Part shown: positions 38,130 through 47,659 of the stretch, in pieces | How positions within the stretch are numbered: position 1 is the stretch's first letter | Layout: each line of letters opens with the position of its first letter | NCBI GenBank assembly: GCA_019058295.1 | Contig: JAHPZI010000028.1 | Span: forward strand, 128,001-192,000 | DNA: 64,000 nucleotides | From: Promethearchaeota archaeon | GTDB lineage: Archaea > Asgardarchaeota > Lokiarchaeia > Sigyniarchaeales > SOKP01 | Direction: 5' to 3' | The notes under the pieces: model-generated | Databases searched by the model: none | The model's input: only the letters and a program-made list of their open reading frames with translations | What the model was told of the DNA's origin: nothing | Position numbers and translations under genes: made by a program

Positions 38130-39746
38130 TTAAAGGATTTTTTCTCTTAAAGTTTTTACATCTATATTTTTTAACTTTTTATAGAATCGGATGAAAATTA
38201 AATAAACTCCGAAAGACCAAATAATCCAAGAAAAAACCTGCCCCCTATCAAGATTTAAGAGATAATTGATAAAATTGTCAGCTTTACCTAAACCAAAAAA
38301 GTCCAAAACATCATGAAATGGGTATTGAACCTCTATTCTTCTATGATTATCATTCATCGCTACTACTTCATGGTCGTTTCTCCTCAAATTTTTAAAGATA
38401 TTATCAACTGATTTATCCTTAGGATTTTTCAATCGGAGTTTAATAAATGTGTCTAATTCATTGCTTTTATGTTCATCGGTACCGGCAATGCATGTTAAAT
38501 TGTTATCTAAGCAAAATTCTCTTATTTTTTTGTCTTTAGGATTTCCTCCATTTACGATTTCGAATCCATCTACACCCCAATCCATTAACTGTTCAAGAGT
38601 ATAAGGAACACCTCTTCCATTTTCTTTTTCATTTTTTTCCGCGTTATAGTGGTTTACAAAGATATAACCTCCTTCTCGTTTAACATGTTTTATAGTGTCT
38701 TCGGCGTTCATTGATTTGAACGGGCATGTTGGTGCATCTGATTCTTTAGGAACAACTGTATGATCAAGACCGAAAATGTTCATGTGTATATCATTGTCAT
38801 GATCAGTCCACTCTTCTGCAATAATAACGGTAAAATCTAAATCGTATTCTTTAACAAATTTTCTTGCTACCTTTGCACCTCTTTGATTATCATGATCCGA
38901 AAAGGCAGCTCCCGAAATCCCTTGTTCTATATACCACATTACTCTTTCTTCGGGTGTCAAATATCCATCAGAATATATTGTGTGCACATGAAAATCAAAA
39001 AGAAATTCATCATGATCGAGGTCAGTTTCGATCTCTTGAGTGGGCCACTTAAATGATACTAAAATCACGCTCAGTCCAAGCATTAAAAAGATAAACCCGG
39101 CACAATATGCCAAATGCTTTTTGAATTCGTTAGCGTTGTGATTTTTTTTTTCTTTTTTCTTGAATTTTTCTGAATAATTAAATTTATATTCAGGATTCCG
39201 GTATTTTGCCAGAATATATCCTCCTTTAAGAGCAACCAGAGTCAATCCAATAGGGACGAAAAGTTGTACTAAAAACATAAAATAAAGGTTAACAAAGTAG
39301 AACCCAATAAAAATATAAGCGAACAATAAAAACAACATACAACAGGCCACCCCTCCTCCAATTATAATACCTATAAATCTTAAAAAATCTCTGAGAGGAT
39401 AAATTAACAACTGTGCTTTTTCCGAAGGCTCAAACCCTCGCTTTTTTTTAACATAAAAGCGGTATATAACCTGTATAATGATATAAGATATTATAAATCC
39501 AGAAATCCAATTAAAATCGACTGAAAATACAAAAGTAATTCCTATAATTGGTTCAAAAAAATATCTTAAAAGCGGGATTTGAGAATCATATTTCGGGGAA
39601 ACATTCTTTCCATCAATCAAGTCATAAAAAGTAACTTTACGCTGAGCAAATATAGCTAATATTATCAGACAGATAATCCAAACTAAAAAAACCCTCTGAA
39701 CAAACTTTAAAAATTTAGATTTGTTTTGATAGTTTGTATTTTTCAT
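38130..39746 (-). CDS. Multi-pass membrane protein with PHP phosphoesterase domain
   Basis: N-terminal TMs; DFHVHTIYSDG, FSDHD, EEWT, VNH, GFEIVN, GTDEH; C-terminal TM. Confidence 0.85.
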   Translation of the reverse strand: MKNTNYQNKSKFLKFVQRVFLVWIICLIILAIFAQRKVTFYDLIDGKNVSPKYDSQIPLLRYFFEPIIGITFVFSVDFNWISGFIISYIIIQVIYRFYVKKKRGFEPSEKAQLLIYPLRDFLRFIGIIIGGGVACCMLFLLFAYIFIGFYFVNLYFMFLVQLFVPIGLTLVALKGGYILAKYRNPEYKFNYSEKFKKKEKKNHNANEFKKHLAYCAGFIFLMLGLSVILVSFKWPTQEIETDLDHDEFLFDFHVHTIYSDGYLTPEERVMWYIEQGISGAAFSDHDNQRGAKVARKFVKEYDLDFTVIIAEEWTDHDNDIHMNIFGLDHTVVPKESDAPTCPFKSMNAEDTIKHVKREGGYIFVNHYNAEKNEKENGRGVPYTLEQLMDWGVDGFEIVNGGNPKDKKIREFCLDNNLTCIAGTDEHKSNELDTFIKLRLKNPKDKSVDNIFKNLRRNDHEVVAMNDNHRRIEVQYPFHDVLDFFGLGKADNFINYLLNLDRGQVFSWIIWSFGVYLIFIRFYKKLKNIDVKTLREKIL

Positions 39747-39772
39747 AATTATGCGTATTGATTAAAAAAAAT

Positions 39773-41221
39773 TCATTTCCTTTTAAAAAATAAAAGTAGT
39801 GAATAAAAACCTTCAAGTAAAATCTTGAAATCTAATATTGTTTGAATTTTAGATAATTTTTTTAAGAAAAATTGAAACCTTAAATAAAATTTTTTATACA
39901 TTAAATTGTATAATTTTTTAATATCTTTCTCAGATAGATTTTCTAATCTCATAATTTGATTAGAAAAATCGTAATCATCCCAATTATATGTTAAAATCAA
40001 ATTTTTTTCTTTTGCCCATTTATACATTTCTGTTCCAGGATAAGGGGTTGTAATATTAACAATCAAAATATCAGGTTTTAACTTATTCACAAAAACAATA
40101 TTTCTAATAATACTTTCTTTGGTATCCCCTGGATTACCTACCATAAATGCAAGCCGATTATCAATACCAGCTTGTTTTGTCCAATTAACTGCATTAATTA
40201 CCTCTTTTATATTTATTTTCTTATTTATATTATTCAATACTTTTTTGTCGATGGTTTCAATTCCATACATAATTTGATGACAACCTGCATATTTCATCCA
40301 TTTTAGCATTTTAGGTTTTACGTAATCAACTCGTGAAAAACAGCACCATGAAATTTTAATTTTATTATTTATAATCAATTTACAGAAGTCTATTACATTT
40401 TTTCTTAAAGATGTAAAATTATCATCATAAAATTGAAATTCTCTTATACCATAATTATCAATAAGATATTTAACTTCTTTAAAAATAGTCTTAGCAGATT
40501 TATTTACTAATATATTTCCAAGAGTTTTGGAACAAAATGTACATTTTCCTGGACACCCTCTTGAAGTAAGCATACTCATTGCTGGCAATTGTTTATAACT
40601 CCCCTTGGCTGGTTTATATTTATGAATTGGTAATAGATCATAAGCAGGCATTGGCAAACTATCTAAATTTTTTATTCTCTCTCTTGTTTTATTATAAATA
40701 ATTTTGTAATCCTTGTTTGAGTAATTTTTATAAACAATTCCATTAATATTTTCAACCTCTTCACCTCTTACAAGTTCCTCCAATGTAATCTCACCTTCTC
40801 CAATGACTACTATATCAATATATTCTTTATTAATTACTTCTTCTGGCATGAATGTTGCGTGTACCCCTCCAAAAACTATTATGGCATTTGGAAAGTATTC
40901 TTTACAAATTTCAGCAATTTTAAATGCCTTTTTTATTTCAACAGTCATGGCAGTAAAACCAATATATTTTATTAAACTATATTTTGAAACATATTCCTTT
41001 TTAAAATATTTCCGAAAGGTTTGAACTGAAGGAGATTCTATTAAACAATCGAGGATTCTTACACTATGACCTTTCAATCGTAAATAACCTGCTATATCAG
41101 CAAGACCTAAATGTGGAAAATTAGACTCAACTCCCCACCAGATATTTTTGCTTTTTCTATAAAATCTAGGTGGAGCAATTAACAAACAATCTAATACATA
41201 TTTATTATCTGCTATTTTCAT
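39773..41221 (-). CDS. B12-binding radical SAM enzyme (class B type)
   Basis: PHLGLADIAG, GGVHAT, GEGE, TSRGCPGKCTFC, FYDDNF, GIET, PYPGT. Confidence 0.92.
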   Translation of the reverse strand: MKIADNKYVLDCLLIAPPRFYRKSKNIWWGVESNFPHLGLADIAGYLRLKGHSVRILDCLIESPSVQTFRKYFKKEYVSKYSLIKYIGFTAMTVEIKKAFKIAEICKEYFPNAIIVFGGVHATFMPEEVINKEYIDIVVIGEGEITLEELVRGEEVENINGIVYKNYSNKDYKIIYNKTRERIKNLDSLPMPAYDLLPIHKYKPAKGSYKQLPAMSMLTSRGCPGKCTFCSKTLGNILVNKSAKTIFKEVKYLIDNYGIREFQFYDDNFTSLRKNVIDFCKLIINNKIKISWCCFSRVDYVKPKMLKWMKYAGCHQIMYGIETIDKKVLNNINKKINIKEVINAVNWTKQAGIDNRLAFMVGNPGDTKESIIRNIVFVNKLKPDILIVNITTPYPGTEMYKWAKEKNLILTYNWDDYDFSNQIMRLENLSEKDIKKLYNLMYKKFYLRFQFFLKKLSKIQTILDFKILLEGFYSLLLFFKRK

Positions 41222-41283
41222 TATGAGTGTTATTTAATATTTTTTAATAATTTTTCTTTTTATTTCGATTAAATCCATTTAAT

Positions 41284-42114
41284 TTATATTTTACTTTTAT
41301 AAAATTTATTATAGAGTAGGATAATTGCTACAAACGCAACCCCCGTTGAAAAAAGAACATCAGATGCAAAATGTTCCCCTACTACAATTCTAGATATCCC
41401 AATAAACAACCCCCAGCTAATAATAAGAATTGTAATAATTATTCTAATAGGATCTGAGACTTTACGATCCTTGACAACTATTAATAAAGGTAATAGCATC
41501 CATCCCATCGCAGTATGCCCCGAAGGAAATGAAGCATTATCCTGTAACCAACTAATTGGCCCTGGTGGTAAAAACCAAGGTGTATAATTTGAATAATCTG
41601 ACGATAAATCATTATATCGCACTCTCCCACATAATATTTTACCAATTTGGACAAAGATTAATGGATTTATTATAGAAAGTAAAATTATTACAATAGCTAT
41701 CTTTTTGAATTCTCTCCAATCTCTATTATAGGTAAATACTAAAAATAATAAAACTCCAAGAGTAATTCCCCCTCCAAAAGCCATAAACCAAATACTACCA
41801 AAAATTATCGCCAAAATTAATATAACAGCTCCAATTATTAAGAAAACATAAGCCGCAATTTTCTGCTTTTTTAATTCATCCTGATAACTACCAACTAATA
41901 TTGAGATTGCTACTGCTATAATACCATAGCCTGGCGCCTCTCCATAGTCTTTTCCGATATTAGCCCATAAACATTCTCTATTTACTAAAGCCTTCGATAT
42001 TTCTAAATCAGTAAATCCAAATATTATTGCTAAAATAATCCAAATGATTATAACAACAATTAATAATTTTGTAATGTTTGAATCCCAATCAATTTTCAAT
42101 GTCATAAGTATCAT
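41284..42114 (-). CDS. PAP2-family membrane phosphatase
   Basis: KILCGRVR, SFPSGH, SRIVVGEHFASDV. Confidence 0.9.
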   Translation of the reverse strand: MILMTLKIDWDSNITKLLIVVIIIWIILAIIFGFTDLEISKALVNRECLWANIGKDYGEAPGYGIIAVAISILVGSYQDELKKQKIAAYVFLIIGAVILILAIIFGSIWFMAFGGGITLGVLLFLVFTYNRDWREFKKIAIVIILLSIINPLIFVQIGKILCGRVRYNDLSSDYSNYTPWFLPPGPISWLQDNASFPSGHTAMGWMLLPLLIVVKDRKVSDPIRIIITILIISWGLFIGISRIVVGEHFASDVLFSTGVAFVAIILLYNKFYKSKI

Positions 42115-42259
42115 ATGTTTTCAATTTTTAAACTAATTTCCATAGAATTGATATTAATATCTAAGCGATTTTTTTATTATCAAATATATAAAGAAAATAG
42201 TTTTTATAACAATAAAAATTACCTATATTACTTATTTCTTATTCAAAAAGCTGATTTGA

Positions 42260-43342
42260 ATGACGGAAAATAACGCACAAGCAGAAAAAGGAAAGGAAAC
42301 AGTTGAGAAAAAACCAATTAAAACAAAAAGCTATTTCAAAAACCTTTTTGACTTTTCTCAATATGATGTAAAGACTATTATCTATATGATTATATTTATG
42401 TTTTTAGTAGTATTTTCTTTGTATTTGCTTTATTATATATATTTTGTTGATGAAACATTTCTCTTTAGACTAGTGGTAGAATGGTTTGTAAATCCAATCA
42501 TTTTATTGGGGATAATTGGAATTCTTTTATTTCTTTTAATTATGGCAATACAAGGTTTAATTGTTCCTATTCCCTCAGAGATCGTTTTGTTAGCCGTTGG
42601 AATGATTTGGGGCTGGTTTTGGGGGGGATTATTAGGAGTTGCTGGGTCTATGTTAGCAGGAATATTATGTTTTTATGTTAGTAAAAAAGGGGGGAGACCA
42701 TTGGCAGAAAAATTCATTGGAAAAAGCGCTCTCGAGATGGCAGATGATTTAATAGAAAAGCATGGTATGGTAGCAATAATTCTTGCAAGGAGCTTGCCAT
42801 TTGTTAGTTTTGATGCTATTTCATACACAGCTGGGTTAGTTGATATGGATATTAAGAAATATTCTATTGGAACTTTAATTGGAACAATTCCAAGAGCTTT
42901 TTTTTACTCATATTTAGGTTCCATTTTAATTAAGCATGAACCAGGACAAACAATTAATTTAAAAGATATTCCATTAAAAAAAATAGAAGGCTTATCTCAA
43001 ACTTTTAATATGATATTATTGGTTATTTTAGTAGTTTTAGTGATTGTGTTTGGTCTATATTATATAACGGGAAAAATATGGGAAAAAAAGAGATTAAGTG
43101 GCAAATATTTAATAAAAACAAAACAAAAAATGAATGAAAATCAAAATATAAATGTTAAGTTTATTAGAAAAGCAATTCTTATGGATGAGGAATTATTTAA
43201 CAAAAAGATAATCGAATGGTCTGAGAAGTTTGATTTTGAAATCGATGAAGGGGTATTAATTATAAATAAACAAACGCTTCCTGATTTTTACAAGGTTTTA
43301 GATGAGCAATTTGCAGAGATGAATAAATTAAGAGAACTATAA
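42260..43342 (+). CDS. DedA/VTT (TVP38/TMEM64) membrane protein with extra C-terminal soluble domain
   Basis: PIPSEIV, GGRP, ARSLPFVSFDAISYTAG, GTIP. Confidence 0.88.
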   Translation: MTENNAQAEKGKETVEKKPIKTKSYFKNLFDFSQYDVKTIIYMIIFMFLVVFSLYLLYYIYFVDETFLFRLVVEWFVNPIILLGIIGILLFLLIMAIQGLIVPIPSEIVLLAVGMIWGWFWGGLLGVAGSMLAGILCFYVSKKGGRPLAEKFIGKSALEMADDLIEKHGMVAIILARSLPFVSFDAISYTAGLVDMDIKKYSIGTLIGTIPRAFFYSYLGSILIKHEPGQTINLKDIPLKKIEGLSQTFNMILLVILVVLVIVFGLYYITGKIWEKKRLSGKYLIKTKQKMNENQNINVKFIRKAILMDEELFNKKIIEWSEKFDFEIDEGVLIINKQTLPDFYKVLDEQFAEMNKLREL

Positions 43343-43464
43343 CTACAACTACAAATCTGAATTTGAAATAAAGGATAAATAGATTCATTGCATAAAATAT
43401 ATATTTAAATTACCTATAATAATTAAAGAGAAATTGTTTCAATTCTAATATATATTAAATTAAA

Positions 43465-44556
43465 ATGCAATCCATAATTATTGTTCATTGGAGTAAAAGT
43501 ACTGGTCCAGAACCAATAATACAATATCCCCCCGAAAGTAAGAAATTCCCCTCAAAAGAGTTATTCCTTAAAATATGGGCTTTACATGAATTAGATAAAG
43601 AATCCAGTATAATTGAATTTATCCCTGAAGGAGAACACGAACAATATATTTCTATTATTCAAAATTTTGAAGGAGAAATTTACTTTTTGGTTCTAGTTTA
43701 TAATCAAGAAGACATACTTGGAAAAGACATCAAGGATAATTCAGATATATTAGCAATCGTCAGTAAAAATCTAATTGAATTAGTAAATACAGATAAAATT
43801 ACCCGAGCGATCTCAGAAGCATTTTATACAATTAGAGATTATTCCAAGCTTGAAAAAGAAGAGAATTTGTTGAACTTTTTTAAAAATAAAATCAAATATA
43901 CAATTTTACAAATCTTGAGAAATGGTATAATTTCAAAAAATGAATTAAACAATATTTTAAGAAAGGAATATGGATTTTCAACAATCAACATTGATTTACT
44001 CTTAATATCATTTATTCGGGAAAATCTAATTGTAAAACAAAGTGTTCCAGGAAGTGATGATTGTTATCTTTTAATAAAGGATCTTGCGTGTACGAGAATA
44101 CCTCCTGTAGATTTTTCATCTAAACCTCAAATTGAAGATGAAATCACAGAAGATTATCAAGAAAAATTGATTAAATTTTATTCTAATTACAATTGTGCTT
44201 CTGCAATAGAAAATAAAACTATAATTAATTTTTTAATGAATAAAGATAATTATCGTTTGCTAAGAAAATTAAGAGAAAAAAGCTTATCGGTTAGTGATTG
44301 CATAGATCTTTTAAATAATAAAGAAGATCTATTTAACGAACTCTTAGAAAATAAATTTATTTATGAAGCAAAAGGAAAAGTTCTTCTTTTTTCAGATATT
44401 CGTTTTATAAAGTTTACACCCTTTTATATTATCGAAAACATTTCAAAGCGATATAAAAATAGGCAGATCTCTTTTAATGAATATATAACCCATTTGAAAC
44501 TCTTAACTGAACAATATAACAAGGAACAATCCTTAATTGATTACGAAATAATATGA
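43465..44556 (+). CDS. Longin/uDENN-like (Npr2/DENN-type) N-domain plus winged-helix-like repeats
   Basis: IIIVHWSKSTGPEPIIQYP resembles the hydrophobic-x4-GP-x5-P start of uDENN/Npr2 longins (inference). Confidence 0.55.
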   Translation: MQSIIIVHWSKSTGPEPIIQYPPESKKFPSKELFLKIWALHELDKESSIIEFIPEGEHEQYISIIQNFEGEIYFLVLVYNQEDILGKDIKDNSDILAIVSKNLIELVNTDKITRAISEAFYTIRDYSKLEKEENLLNFFKNKIKYTILQILRNGIISKNELNNILRKEYGFSTINIDLLLISFIRENLIVKQSVPGSDDCYLLIKDLACTRIPPVDFSSKPQIEDEITEDYQEKLIKFYSNYNCASAIENKTIINFLMNKDNYRLLRKLREKSLSVSDCIDLLNNKEDLFNELLENKFIYEAKGKVLLFSDIRFIKFTPFYIIENISKRYKNRQISFNEYITHLKLLTEQYNKEQSLIDYEII

Positions 44557-44574
44557 ATAAAAAGTAAAACTTTT

Positions 44575-45453
44575 TTATCGAGTTAGAAGAAACTCTATAA
44601 ATTTTTTAATCTTTTTAACATTATTAAATGTTTTTGGTGCTTTTTCCTCTAGATAATCCCCAAATTTTTCCCAATTCTCTTTTTTATCTGTCGGAGCTTC
44701 GGATATTATCTTTTTAACAGCATTAATATCGCTTGACATAATTAATTGGTCATTTACTCTGTTAGCATCGTCAGTTAGAAGGAATAGATAATAATCGTTC
44801 AACTCCCAAGGATTCATAACACTATCAGGTTTATTCCCATCTCCAGCTTTTCTTCCACGTAAGAGTTTTGTGTCAACCATTGTCGGTAAGATTTGGTTAA
44901 ATGTTATGTTTTCTCTTTTATATTCTGCAGCTAAGGTTCTCTGTAATCCCACAGTAGCATATTTACTCGCTGTATAAGCAGCAAATTTAACAATTCCTTG
45001 TGGGTAAGCCTCACTTCCAGTTATTATAAACCGAGCTTTATTTTTTTTATCGTCCTTCTTCAAATAAGGATAAGCCGCTTTAAAAGTATTAAACACACCA
45101 AGTATGTTTATTTTAAGTATGTTATCGAATGTATTAGAGTCAAAATCATGTGTATCTCCCATTCTAGATACTCCAGCATTTGCGATAACTCCATTTAATA
45201 AACCTAATTCGTCATAAAAATGTTTGAATGCTAATTCTACTTCATTATAATTAGTGATATCTGCTGTTTTTATTATGACCTTAATTCCAGTACCTAAATT
45301 TTCGATTTCTTTTTTAGTAGTATTTAATTCATCAAGTGTTCTTGAAGTTAAACCCACTTTTGCTCCTTCTTTTGCGCATGCTATGGCAACTGCTTTTCCT
45401 ATTCCCCTCCCAGAACCAGTAATAATAATAGATTTTCCATCTAAAATTCCCAT
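44575..45453 (-). CDS. Short-chain dehydrogenase/reductase
   Basis: TGSGRGIG, ANAG, YTASK. Confidence 0.92.
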   Translation of the reverse strand: MGILDGKSIIITGSGRGIGKAVAIACAKEGAKVGLTSRTLDELNTTKKEIENLGTGIKVIIKTADITNYNEVELAFKHFYDELGLLNGVIANAGVSRMGDTHDFDSNTFDNILKINILGVFNTFKAAYPYLKKDDKKNKARFIITGSEAYPQGIVKFAAYTASKYATVGLQRTLAAEYKRENITFNQILPTMVDTKLLRGRKAGDGNKPDSVMNPWELNDYYLFLLTDDANRVNDQLIMSSDINAVKKIISEAPTDKKENWEKFGDYLEEKAPKTFNNVKKIKKFIEFLLTR

Positions 45454-45636
45454 ATTGATTTTTCACTCTAAATTTATATTTTTTATTCATATCTTTTTAA
45501 TTAATATTAATGAAAATTACGCTAAATATTATTTTTTCTAACAAAATAGCAAATATATATTATATTTGAAAACTAATAATTTTTTTACAATGAATTATGA
45601 TTTTCATATAGGAAGAGAATAAAATTTTGTATAAAT

Positions 45637-46185
45637 ATGGAAGATAAAGCAGAATCTGATGAAGATTGGAATTACCAATTCTTAGAAGAGTTGGTAGAGG
45701 ATGTGGAAGAAAATCAGAATATAAGGCAGTGTATTGAATGTGGAAAATGCATTGGCGAGTGCCCTGCTTCAAAAATCTCAGATTTTAATATAAGAAGAAT
45801 TATCCGAAAAGTCCTTCGAGGCGATAAGAGTGTCTTAAAAGATTCTGATATATGGTATTGTTTTTTATGCGAAAGATGTAAAAGAGTCTGCCCAAAAAAA
45901 GGAGTAAATATTCCATTACTCATTCTTAATTTGAGAAACGAATCGTTTAAAAAAGGATATGGGCCACGATATAATGATCTAACCAAATATGTTGAAATGG
46001 CAGAGAAATTTCTTACAAACGGAACTGTATTGGAAGACCCGTTAGATGGCTCATTATCCCCCGAGAGAATAGAGGAATTAAACGAAATCTGTAATTTCGC
46101 AAGAATAAAATATGTTTTTAAGGCAAGTGAAGCCAGTAAGGCACATAAAAAAAAAAACCTAAATAAAAAAAGAGTTAAAAAATAA
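45637..46185 (+). CDS. hdrC: Heterodisulfide reductase subunit C-like
   Basis: CIECGKCIGECP and IWYCFLCERCKRVCP; directly upstream of an HdrB-like gene. Confidence 0.88.
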   Translation: MEDKAESDEDWNYQFLEELVEDVEENQNIRQCIECGKCIGECPASKISDFNIRRIIRKVLRGDKSVLKDSDIWYCFLCERCKRVCPKKGVNIPLLILNLRNESFKKGYGPRYNDLTKYVEMAEKFLTNGTVLEDPLDGSLSPERIEELNEICNFARIKYVFKASEASKAHKKKNLNKKRVKK

Positions 46186-46206
46186 GAGATATCAAGTCTT
46201 TTTAAA

Positions 46207-47214
46207 ATGGAAATTAATAATTTGGCTATAGATTTAGAGGAAATTGAAAAGAGGTATGAAAATCCTTTAGATTTTTTTAGGGGAAAAAAACTTTGCTTGT
46301 TTAAGGCTTGTTTAGAAAAGTATTTTCCGGGGGTACGATTTGGAATTCAGGATTTCTTAGAAGAATTAGGTATGGAAGTTATCATCTGTCAAAATCAATC
46401 GTGTTGTTCAGGGACTTTTTTTCAAAGAAATTTGATCACAAGAGCCCAATTTGCAGCCATTAACGAGAGGAATATTAATGAAATTAATCATCAAGCCGAT
46501 ATTCTTTTAGTAAGTTGTAATGGTTGTTATAACTCTCTGTTAAGAGGAAGAGACTTTCTAAAAGATAATACTGTGAGAAAAAAAACACAAGATATTTTAA
46601 ATGATGTAAAGGAAAAAATGGGCGGTGAAAAATATCTTGGGCAATACGATATTTTAGAAAATCCAAAATTAAGAATAATCCATGATTTAGATTTCTTTTA
46701 TTTAATTAGAGATGAGCTTGTTAATACTCTGAAGTTTGGTTTAAAAGGAATTAAAATAGCTGTCCATTATGGGTGTCATTATTTAAATTTGGACAGAGAT
46801 AAAGACATAAACACTTATTTGAAAGATAAAACTAAATTAGAGGAACTCATCCGACTTTTTGGAGGTGTCCCTATCGATTACCAAGAAAGAGAATCATGCT
46901 GCGGATGGGGTGCCAGTCAAATAGTGATTCATCCTGATGATGCTTTAAAAGTTACTTATAAAAAATTGAAAAGCGCTGAGAATGTAAATGCTTGTTTTAT
47001 TTTAATGCCATGTCCCACATGTTTATATACATTAAGTAAGCCTGAATTTCGGGAAAGAATGCATAAAATATTTAACGATGAAGTAGAAATACCAACAATT
47101 CATTTAAACGAATTAATAGCCATTTTAAGGGGTTGCGAGGAAGAACGATGTATAACACTTAGGAGAAAATCTCCTCGTTTTAATCAAATATATGCTACAA
47201 TTACTCAAGAGTAA
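46207..47214 (+). CDS. hdrB: Heterodisulfide reductase subunit B-like (two CCG domains)
   Basis: SCCSG...CNGC; HYGCH...CCGWG...CPTC. Confidence 0.88.
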   Translation: MEINNLAIDLEEIEKRYENPLDFFRGKKLCLFKACLEKYFPGVRFGIQDFLEELGMEVIICQNQSCCSGTFFQRNLITRAQFAAINERNINEINHQADILLVSCNGCYNSLLRGRDFLKDNTVRKKTQDILNDVKEKMGGEKYLGQYDILENPKLRIIHDLDFFYLIRDELVNTLKFGLKGIKIAVHYGCHYLNLDRDKDINTYLKDKTKLEELIRLFGGVPIDYQERESCCGWGASQIVIHPDDALKVTYKKLKSAENVNACFILMPCPTCLYTLSKPEFRERMHKIFNDEVEIPTIHLNELIAILRGCEEERCITLRRKSPRFNQIYATITQE

Positions 47215-47260
47215 GTTTTTTATTTGCATTTAGAATTTTAATAAAAAAAATAGATAATTT

Positions 47261-47656
47261 TTAATCTTCTTTAATAGCAAAGCGGGGACAACTGTCCACA
47301 CAAAGCAAACACGCGATACATCTTTCTTCAGTGTATTCTAATCGATCCTCACTATTCATATATAGAGCATCAGTCGGGCACATCGCTACACATGCCCCAC
47401 AGTCTATACAGTTTTCGAAATCTATTTTGACCCTTCCTTTTTTATTTATAATTGCATTGTTTTCTTCAAGAGCCTCAGTAATTATTTCTATTTTATCATC
47501 TGGTACGTCTAATAATAAAGTTACACCACTTGAAATGATGGAAAATTTTAGGATATTAAAGCTTATATCGTGTTTTAATATATCATTTATAATTTTGGAG
47601 TAATCATTTATTTCTTTTATTAGTTCCAGTGGCAGAGTCACATTTATTACAGTCAT
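47261..47656 (-). CDS. NIL-domain ferredoxin (MA1822/MJ0099-like partner in homocysteine synthesis)
   Basis: NIL motif, two CxxCxxCxxxCP motifs; 3 bp after the DUF39 gene. Confidence 0.88.
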   Translation of the reverse strand: MTVINVTLPLELIKEINDYSKIINDILKHDISFNILKFSIISSGVTLLLDVPDDKIEIITEALEENNAIINKKGRVKIDFENCIDCGACVAMCPTDALYMNSEDRLEYTEERCIACLLCVDSCPRFAIKED

Positions 47657-47659
47657 TTT

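Noticed and set aside
45637-47214. Evidence for methanogenesis
   Set aside because: Hdr-like proteins, AfpA and DUF39 occur in many non-methanogenic anaerobes; no mcr or mtr genes are in the window.
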